Part shown: positions 9,522-17,400 of the stretch, in pieces
Numbering within the stretch: the first letter of the stretch is position 1
Layout of the letters: each line of letters begins with the position of its first letter
From: a virus
Length of the DNA: 64,000 nucleotides
IMG/VR virus record: IMGVR_UViG_3300017957_001843
Span: 11,244 to 75,243 of that record
Strand: one strand, 5' to 3'
Translations under genes and position numbers: made by a program
Notes under the pieces: model-generated
Told to the model about the DNA's origin: nothing
Database searches by the model: none
What the model saw: only the letters and a program-made list of their open reading frames with translations

Positions 9522-10438
9522 TCTTTTTCCAAAAATCTATCAGACATTCTCATAGGATTTTGGTAAATTTCTTTAAAAAATTTACTCTGAGAACCGCTTA
9601 GTGGTATTTCTGCTATAGGAATGTCGAGTTTATCTATAAGCAAGGCACCTAATTTTTCTATTTCATCGTTTATATTTTCTTCCGTGATGTCTTTACTAAT
9701 TTTATCCCAATGCTCATTTAAATATTCAAAATCACGTACATTTATATAATCCCAATCTGTACACATTGTTTTGTACAACCCTTCTCTTGCACCATAAACT
9801 GCCCATAATCCGTTTTCTACGTCAGCACCTACCATTAACCAGATATACAATCGGTGTAGGTTCTTCCAATGATTTTTGTAAAAGTCTTCTGGAGAAACAC
9901 GCACACCTCTGTCCAGTGCCATTTTAACACCTTCACGAAAACCTGCTCTCCAGGCTTGATGAGGAGTTGCATTATTGTGTACATCACAATATACTCCTTC
10001 CATTTGTATATATTTTATATCCCAGCAAAAATCTACTTGTGCGTGTTGATTTCTAGGATCAGCATTTTCGTGTGTTCTCATTCTAAGTACATAGTCTTTA
10101 GGCCAACATTTTAAACCGCCATTTCCATAAATTAATCCATTTATCATATTATTTCCGGCCCAGCTAATAACGCAGTTTGATAAATCTTCGTTTTCGTCAA
10201 AATCTATTGTTTGGTTTAGAAAATCTTGTCTAACAATATTGTCGCCGTCAACTGTAATGAACCTATCTGTTTCACTAAGTTCTGCACACGCTTTATGTGC
10301 TGCATCCGAACCTTCTACACCGTGTACACGTTTAGCCCAAGGAACTTTACTACACAAGTCTGCATAGTTTTTTTCTGCGTTAGGTTCATCATATGAAAGA
10401 TATATGATATCATAGTCTAATACTTTGAATTTTGTCAT
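9518..10438 (-). CDS. Putative GT-A fold (GT2-like) glycosyltransferase
   Basis: N-terminal DIIYLSYDEP, then AAHKACAELSETDRFITVDGDN (DxD after a hydrophobic strand) and GNGG. Confidence 0.6.
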   Translation of the reverse strand: MTKFKVLDYDIIYLSYDEPNAEKNYADLCSKVPWAKRVHGVEGSDAAHKACAELSETDRFITVDGDNIVRQDFLNQTIDFDENEDLSNCVISWAGNNMINGLIYGNGGLKCWPKDYVLRMRTHENADPRNQHAQVDFCWDIKYIQMEGVYCDVHNNATPHQAWRAGFREGVKMALDRGVRVSPEDFYKNHWKNLHRLYIWLMVGADVENGLWAVYGAREGLYKTMCTDWDYINVRDFEYLNEHWDKISKDITEENINDEIEKLGALLIDKLDIPIAEIPLSGSQSKFFKEIYQNPMRMSDRFLEKE

Positions 10439-11052
10439 TGTCTCACTTCAAAATTATACTTGTCAAAATACTTAGCGGTATAAATGCTTACGTCAGTTGG
10501 ATTTATATTACCATCTACTTGATCTGTAACATTTACCTTTTCTTCATACAGTAAAGATTGATAACCAATCTTGATTGTGTTATGTAGAACATTAGGATCA
10601 TTTTTGTCTGTAATACTAAAATTCATAACCAAATCAAATACAAATTTGCTCTCTAATTCTAGCTGTTCTAATCTTTTATCTTGGTCTAAGTAAATATACC
10701 ATTCATCTTTGTAATTGGATATTGTTAGATCAGCATCGGGAACATTTTGTGGTATATTGTACAATCTATCTCTAACATTAGGAATCTTTATTTTTTCGAT
10801 TTGATCTGTAACTTCTAATCTATTTTCAATAGGATTAAACGTAACTATAAAATCATCTAATCTACGCAGGCCTTTTTGAATGTCTTTAACATCGTCATAG
10901 TTTACATATATTGAATGATAACCAGGAGTTTCTTCTTCTTGATTGCATATTTTTATAATTTTACCATTATCGGGATCAAAATAAACGTGCATACCAACAT
11001 TACTTTTTGATACTTCTAAATTCTTAATAAACTTTTGTAGGTTGTTTATCAT
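10435..11052 (-). CDS. Hypothetical protein (205 aa), coupled within the glycosyltransferase operon
   Basis: 4-nt ATGA overlaps with both neighbours; no catalytic motif recognised. Confidence 0.75.
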   Translation of the reverse strand: MINNLQKFIKNLEVSKSNVGMHVYFDPDNGKIIKICNQEEETPGYHSIYVNYDDVKDIQKGLRRLDDFIVTFNPIENRLEVTDQIEKIKIPNVRDRLYNIPQNVPDADLTISNYKDEWYIYLDQDKRLEQLELESKFVFDLVMNFSITDKNDPNVLHNTIKIGYQSLLYEEKVNVTDQVDGNINPTDVSIYTAKYFDKYNFEVRQ

Positions 11053-11885
11053 TTTATATTCTCCATATATGTATTCAACATATAAGGTTTAACAAAATCT
11101 TTTTCTGTATAGTGCAAAATACCAGTCTGTTGGAAATTACCAATTTTTAACTGTCCTTTTTGATTCATATATACATCTACACAATCTTGCCAATTTGATT
11201 TTGGTTTAAGCCAATCTTGTATCTGAGACTTCATATGCACAAAATTAGGAAAACTAGCAACTTTATTTGTAATTTTGTCTTCACAATCTAGGATTATAGT
11301 TACAATTGCACTACAAACATCTATACTACACCAAGAAGGTCTGTTATCTTTTAGAAAAATTTCGTAAAATTTTTGCCAATTTTGAACTACAAATTCTAGC
11401 CACTTATAAAATTTGTGTGCAAAATCTCCTTTTTCAAAGTAATGAAAGCCACTATATAAATTTGGTAGATTATTAGAAGTAAAAGTTTTCCTATAATAAT
11501 CATTTTCTATTAGTGTTCCTCTATATGTATACACTTTGTTTGTAAAAAACATTTCGTAGTTATCAAGAAAATTCCACCAACTAGATATGTTTTGTAATAT
11601 TAAAATATCAGTATCAAGAACAATAGTTTTATCGTAGGGCGACATATGGTAAATTTTCCATCGATTTTGAATTTTCCACTCAAAATCAACTGCATCATCG
11701 TTCCATATGATAGGAATAATATTGTCGAACAAATCTACATATTTTGCAGGTACAGCATCATCTGTAATTATACTGATAAGCTCGTTAGGATTATGTTTTT
11801 TTAAACTTAGTGCTAATAAACAAGCCTGTTGAACATAATCAACTTTTTCGTTGTTTTGCGCAAGAACAACAATACCTTTAGTCAT
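11049..11885 (-). CDS. Putative GT-A glycosyltransferase (GT8/mannosyltransferase-like)
   Basis: SPYDKTIVLDTD (DxD), NLYSGFHYF, FVHMK. Confidence 0.7.
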   Translation of the reverse strand: MTKGIVVLAQNNEKVDYVQQACLLALSLKKHNPNELISIITDDAVPAKYVDLFDNIIPIIWNDDAVDFEWKIQNRWKIYHMSPYDKTIVLDTDILILQNISSWWNFLDNYEMFFTNKVYTYRGTLIENDYYRKTFTSNNLPNLYSGFHYFEKGDFAHKFYKWLEFVVQNWQKFYEIFLKDNRPSWCSIDVCSAIVTIILDCEDKITNKVASFPNFVHMKSQIQDWLKPKSNWQDCVDVYMNQKGQLKIGNFQQTGILHYTEKDFVKPYMLNTYMENIK

Positions 11886-12729
11886 AGCCTACCTCGTCAA
11901 TTATTCTATTAAGACTAAATTTGTTCATTACGTGTATACTTTGTCCTTTAGTACGCAAAGGAGTATATTCTCCAACATATTTGTCTTTTTCTACTAAAAA
12001 AATAAATTCAGTGTCATTTAGTTTCCATAAAATGTCTCTGTCTGTTGTATATAAATGTCTACCAGGAAGTTCAGAAATAAAACTACCTTTAGAAAATCCG
12101 TTCATTATATGTCCAGCAATGCTAAAAGCAAAATCATTTCTAAATAATGTGCTTGCTAGTTGATACACTGTACAATAATGATTCCAATTTTCCTGTATGT
12201 GTTTTATTAAATCAAAATATATTTTGTTCAATTTAGTTTTTCTAAAAAATACAACTGTTGCCCAATAAAAATCTATACTATAATCGCTTATATGATCAAA
12301 CTCTCTTTCATCTCTTACTTTTGCTATGTCATCGGATTTTCTAAACATTTGTAAATCATTTGGTGAATCAAAACAATTTGCAAGTAGACTATTAGAAATA
12401 ATGTAGTCTGTGTCTAACAACAAAGTTTCTTCATATGGAGATAAGTCATATGCATCTACTCTATAGTTATTTTTAAAATTTAATTTTTTGCTAGTAAGAG
12501 TGCCATCATAATAATCACGTTTGTTAGGTCCATCGTCTCGATAGTCTATTTTTATAATATTATCAAAAGTATCTTCAGGAAACTGTTCTTCAAGATACAA
12601 GACACTGTCTGTAATAATACTTACAGGTATATTAAGATATTTTTTAATTCTATTTGCAAGGAAAACTGCCTGTTTTACATAATCAATAGTATCATTATTT
12701 CTTGCAATTAACAATGCCCCTTTAGTCAA
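11878..12729 (-). CDS. Putative GT-A glycosyltransferase; paralogue of 11049..11885
   Basis: Both start MTKG...A.NN...DYV.QA; SPYEETLLLDTD (DxD); RNDFAFSIA; HVMNK. Confidence 0.7.
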   Translation of the reverse strand: MTKGALLIARNNDTIDYVKQAVFLANRIKKYLNIPVSIITDSVLYLEEQFPEDTFDNIIKIDYRDDGPNKRDYYDGTLTSKKLNFKNNYRVDAYDLSPYEETLLLDTDYIISNSLLANCFDSPNDLQMFRKSDDIAKVRDEREFDHISDYSIDFYWATVVFFRKTKLNKIYFDLIKHIQENWNHYCTVYQLASTLFRNDFAFSIAGHIMNGFSKGSFISELPGRHLYTTDRDILWKLNDTEFIFLVEKDKYVGEYTPLRTKGQSIHVMNKFSLNRIIDEVGYD

Positions 12730-13078
12730 TTTCTAAACCCACTAATCCTTCTACAGATCTATTCTTTTTTAGATTTTGATATTCAACAAAATAGTTGTTA
12801 GATGCGCTAAAATATGTATCTAGTATTTCAGAATTGAATTCTTCAATATTATCTATTTGTAAAGGTATACTATTATCATCAACTAAAATTATTTCATCTT
12901 GCTTAAAAGCTATCATAGTACTACAAAAATTAATAAGTTCTTTAGTAACAGTAAACTGACATCCGTTGTAAAAGAAAATTAAATCTTCTAGATATTTCTC
13001 TTTCAGTAAACGCTTTTGGTTATTTAATGTAACCATATAGTTAGAAAATTCAATTGCTTTTTCTAATCTTTCGTCCAT
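12722..13078 (-). CDS. Hypothetical protein (118 aa), first gene of the modification operon
   Basis: AGGAG RBS and a sigma70 promoter upstream; 8-nt overlap with the next gene. Confidence 0.8.
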   Translation of the reverse strand: MDERLEKAIEFSNYMVTLNNQKRLLKEKYLEDLIFFYNGCQFTVTKELINFCSTMIAFKQDEIILVDDNSIPLQIDNIEEFNSEILDTYFSASNNYFVEYQNLKKNRSVEGLVGLEID

Positions 13079-13103
13079 ATTGACACTCCTATAAGATTAT
13101 AGT

Positions 13104-13132
13104 AGTATATAACAAAAAAATGCTTTTGTCAA
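13104..13132 (-). promoter_or_regulatory. Sigma70-type promoter of the glycosyltransferase/radical SAM operon
   Basis: TTGACA (13132-13127), 17-nt spacer, TATACT (13109-13104). Confidence 0.8.
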
Positions 13133-13143
13133 GAAAGATCTGA

Positions 13144-13863
13144 CTACAGATTTCTTTGGTGATCAGTAAACTTGTTACCTTGTGTGTCCTCGCCCCGCCA
13201 ATACCTTTTTCCTACACCGTGAGGTTTTTGCGTGTCAGGACCGCCACGTTCTTTACCTGCGTTTATCATTTCTTGTTGCTCGTTTTTTACTTCTTCAATT
13301 GCATTATAATTTTCAGCAAGATCAATTTCAAAATTGTCTACAAAATATCTAGGTATTGGTAACACTGCACTGATTATATCACCTTTCTTGACATTTACTT
13401 TTACATTAGGAGTTAATATTTTTAAATTAAATGTAAAATCTCTGCGTAGATTGTCTGTTTCTACAACAGCAGTCATATTAGAAAGATTAGGTGTAAAATA
13501 ATTAGGCGGATTAATCACCATTAAATTTATGCCTTTGGGTGTTTTGAAAGTGAATCTATTTTGTACCGTAATCAACCCACTACCAAAATGCGCACTAATA
13601 TGTTGTTTATCTGTACCTTCACTATCTATAATTACATCATTAGGAGCATCGCCGCCATTCCAAATCGCACTAAAATTAGTTGTGCTTTTTATAGCAAATC
13701 CATACTGATTGCCTATTACTACTGGTAAACAATGTACTACGTGTTTATTGATCCAATTTCTAGTTTTTTTGCCCTTGAGAGGTTCTACAATTTCTAAGTA
13801 ATCGTTTTTATGTAAATCATTTTCTGGTACTATCAGTATTTTATTTTGAGGTACATTAATCAT
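13144..13863 (-). CDS. DUF6065-like protein
   Basis: HCLPVVIGNQYGF...FGSGLIT...FKTPKGINLMVINPPN...VVETD...FTFN matches my recollection of the DUF6065 pattern (CLP..IAN..G, PPN, ETD, FTMN). Confidence 0.65.
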   Translation of the reverse strand: MINVPQNKILIVPENDLHKNDYLEIVEPLKGKKTRNWINKHVVHCLPVVIGNQYGFAIKSTTNFSAIWNGGDAPNDVIIDSEGTDKQHISAHFGSGLITVQNRFTFKTPKGINLMVINPPNYFTPNLSNMTAVVETDNLRRDFTFNLKILTPNVKVNVKKGDIISAVLPIPRYFVDNFEIDLAENYNAIEEVKNEQQEMINAGKERGGPDTQKPHGVGKRYWRGEDTQGNKFTDHQRNL

Positions 13864-14383
13864 CTTTTGTTAAAAATAAAACTATTGTATATCTTTCTCC
13901 ACTAGTAACTTCACTGACTCCGTGTAGATACTCTTTTGTTCCTTTGAACTGTACAAGAGTGCCCGGAACAGTCTTAGGTTCAATGTTTTGATTTGGAAAA
14001 AATATTTGTCCGCCTTTGTAATCGCTATTTAGATAGATCAAAACACTATAATGTCTATTTGGATACGGATGCGGAGATCCGTCTAGATTTTCACAATCTG
14101 CGTGAGGTGGATCTAGTTTATCTCCTTTGCGCCACCTAACAATTTGACAAGTTTCTACAAAACTTTTTTGTTTTTCATTTGCTTCTATCAATTTTACAAT
14201 ACGATCTTGGATATCTTTTATTTGTGCTAAAACATTTGGATTTGTTATTAAGTTGTAGTGTATAAATTTTTCACTCCAATGATCATTTGTAACAACCCAA
14301 TCGGAAGTTGTTTTTGCATAGTTACAAATATCAGTGGTAGTTTGTTCGTCTAAAAAATTATTGTCAATGTAAATATCCTGCAT
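13856..14383 (-). CDS. 2OG-Fe(II) oxygenase, prolyl 4-hydroxylase-like
   Basis: HxD (PPHADC), SVLIYLNSDYKGGQIFF, distal His and 2OG-binding Arg in LHGVSEVTSGERYT. Confidence 0.88.
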   Translation of the reverse strand: MQDIYIDNNFLDEQTTTDICNYAKTTSDWVVTNDHWSEKFIHYNLITNPNVLAQIKDIQDRIVKLIEANEKQKSFVETCQIVRWRKGDKLDPPHADCENLDGSPHPYPNRHYSVLIYLNSDYKGGQIFFPNQNIEPKTVPGTLVQFKGTKEYLHGVSEVTSGERYTIVLFLTKDD

Positions 14384-14413
14384 ACATTATATATTAGTAT
14401 ATGCAGGATATTT
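14371..14413 (-). promoter_or_regulatory. 14-bp perfect inverted repeat that would sequester the oxygenase start codon
   Basis: AAATATCCTGCATA (14371-14384) and TATGCAGGATATTT (14400-14413) with a 15-nt loop; the ATG at 14383-14381 lies in one arm. Confidence 0.7.
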
Positions 14414-14425
14414 TATATAATTTGA

Positions 14426-17400
14426 CTAAAACGAAGGTAAACCTCCCCCGGTAATAGTGAAGGTTGTGCTTGCACTTCCGGCTCCTGTTTGTGCAACACC
14501 TACTGAATAACTTCCTACTGGGAATGTTGCGTCTATAAAATCGTTACCACTAGAATTAGTAGTTCTAGATCCACTTGTATAGAAAGTACCATTTCTGTAT
14601 ACAGCATAAGAATAACTTGTATTAGGTATGCCTCCTGTTACACTAGCAATAGCCGTAGTACCAACCACGGATACAGATATCCCAATCTGATAGGACGGTG
14701 GAGGTGGCGGCGGTGGTGGTGGCGGAGGTGGTGGTGGCGGAGGTGGCGGAGGTGGCGGAGGTGGTGGTGGTGGAACCGAAGCCGTCACCGTTATACTGTC
14801 CGATGCTAATGTTGTTTTTGATCCAAACCAATCGTTCACCAAATATATTGTAAAATTACCAGTAGAACTAAATGTTTGTGGTAAACTACCTGGATTTTGT
14901 GTTGGTGCAAACGCTCCTATATAACTACCGTCTCTATAATATGCAAGATATACATCTGTTCCGTTTGACCAACTCCAAGATGCAGTAAATGTAGTACTAT
15001 TAACAACTCCACTAGAAGGCGAAATAGCATAACTTCCACTAGCTGGTGGTGGTGGTGGCGGTGGGGGTGGCGGTGGGGGTGGCGGTGGCGGAGGTGCAGC
15101 CACCACTGAAAGATTTGCAGTTACTGACACACTTTGGCTTTGGCCGTTTTCGTCTGTATATGTCACAAATGCGCCGCCGACATATGTTCCTGTTTGAGCT
15201 AATATGACACTAAGAGAATGAGCACTTGTAGTTGTGCTTGATGATGTAACTGATCCACTAGGATTTCTAATATATGTGTAACTACTATTTCCAGTAAATC
15301 CTAGATTAGGCTGGTAATAGAACGTACCTGTGTCGCCAACATAATGAGGTGCAGATGATGTTACAGTTACACTCGGTGTTGGTGCAGCTACAGGTGCATT
15401 TGCAATAGGAATAGTATCTGATGCAGTTGCATAACTTGTAGTTCCACTAGAGTTTGTGTAAGCTGTTGCAATACTTGCTCTCCAATTGCCTGTGCCGCTT
15501 AATACTTCGTGAAGTAGTGTTCCACTAGCAGCAGTAGAATTTGTAACTGAAGTGCTCGAGCTCGGTGGATAAATTGCTGCATAAGAGCTGTTTCCTCCTC
15601 CTCTAGAAAAATTAGCAGCTATCGTGTCGCCTATTATACCCGATGGTTCATCAAATGCTATAGAGGGCGTCGGAACAACCACTGCTGCACTTGCTGTCAT
15701 TGTTGCATCTGCACCTGTTGCTAAATTAGGATCATTTCTGTTAAAAACAGCTATAGATGCTGTATATGTTCCTACGACACTAGCAGTACCAGAATCAGAT
15801 CCACTATTTTGTGTGCTATTATAGATCTGCTGGCCATTAGGGTCAGTAACAGATACGATTGTACCAAATATTGTTTCGTTATTATTTGCATCCCAACTCA
15901 TAGTGTAATTTGTAGAATTAACTGTACCTGTAGTTGGAGACCAACTTATGCTAGGAGTGTTTGGGCTAGGATTTGAAGGTGTTGTACTTGTATCTCCTAC
16001 TGTTGTTGATGTTGTAGCTACTGCACTTCCACCGCTGGTTGCACTTACTACTACCTGGAATGATTCTTGCCCTTCTGTAGTTTGATCAGCTGTAGGAGAT
16101 ATTGAAAATTGTCCTGTATTATTATTAATAGTAAATGAACCACTTGTAGAACTAAAATCTGCACTTGAAGTTGTGAGGTTATTTATACGCCAATATAGTG
16201 AAGTTCCGTTTGGTATTCCTGATGTTGTAACTGTATATGTTCCAGAACTACCTTCACTAATTACATTACCCGCAGGTCCTGTAATCGAATAACTAGGTGC
16301 TGCTGTTGATACTGATGCTGTCCTAGTGTTGCCTGTAGAACTAAAGTTTAATGTTGCAGCACAATTAGGATAAACAGAAGTTGCTATAGCTACTAAACTT
16401 GTATTACCTAGTGAATTTGTATTTCCGCTACCTACAATTTGTGAAAAACCAGAAGTATTTGTAATAGTAAATGTATCAAACGGTGTAGCATTAGTCACAT
16501 ATATTCCTACTTCGCCGTTTATTCCGGGATCTATGGCTACCATTTGCACATTTTCATTCACTGCTGCTGTAACCGTAAAACTTATATTTGCTCCTGTATC
16601 AAGGAAATTTGCAGGAGATAGGTTATAATTTCTTGTACCCGGTGTATTAATAACAGCAGATAGAGACCAATTACCGTTGGCATCAAAATTGTCTGCGAGG
16701 GTGTCGCTTCCTGATATAGTAAATGAACTGTTTGGTCTGCCACCTGTTGCGCTAAGTGTAACTGTATCGCCTGTAACAGGATTAGTAGGAGATACAGATA
16801 ACGAAACTGTATACGTATCAGTAACTGTATAATTTAACGTAACACTACCACTATTGTCATCTGTAAATGTAATACTGTAGTTGCCTGCGGGAGAACTTTG
16901 TACTTGTATACCTGCTGCAACTCCTGACGAGTTAAAATTACCTAAATTAAAACCATTGGCATAAAAATTTCCATTAGGAAATCCACCGCTCAACGAAACT
17001 TCTCTATTTGCTCCAGTAGCACCTGTTGTAATTGTAAAATTATTTCTATCCAATTGAAGATTAGATGTTACAGTCTGTGAAGCACTAGCTGTTGAAGGAT
17101 TTCCTGTACTAAAAGTTGCTACCGCATTATATGTTCCAGGAGAAATGTGGTTACGTGACCAAGTTCCTAAACCACTTGAATTTAATGATATAGTATTAGA
17201 CTGATTAATCAGCAAAGGACTTGTGTGAGAAGTGTTTATAGTAACTGATTGGAAGGGATCTCCAGAAACAGAAATGTTAAATGGCGTATTAGCTCTAATA
17301 GTAGAAGGCATAGTAATACTATTATTAGGATTGTCATTGTCTAATAAATCTAAAGAGGCACTAGCACTGTCTCCGCTGTCTCTGTGCGTCCAAGTAAATG

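Noticed and set aside
1170-13078. Bacterial LPS/capsule locus or host contamination
   Set aside because: No flippase, polymerase or nucleotide-sugar synthesis genes; the operon is contiguous and co-oriented with phage structural genes and has phage late motifs at its far end.
14643-14831. 62-aa Ser/Ala/Thr-rich ORF as a RiPP precursor for the radical SAM enzymes
   Set aside because: It is a shifted-frame reading of the poly-Pro tract inside the fibre gene, with no separate initiation signal.
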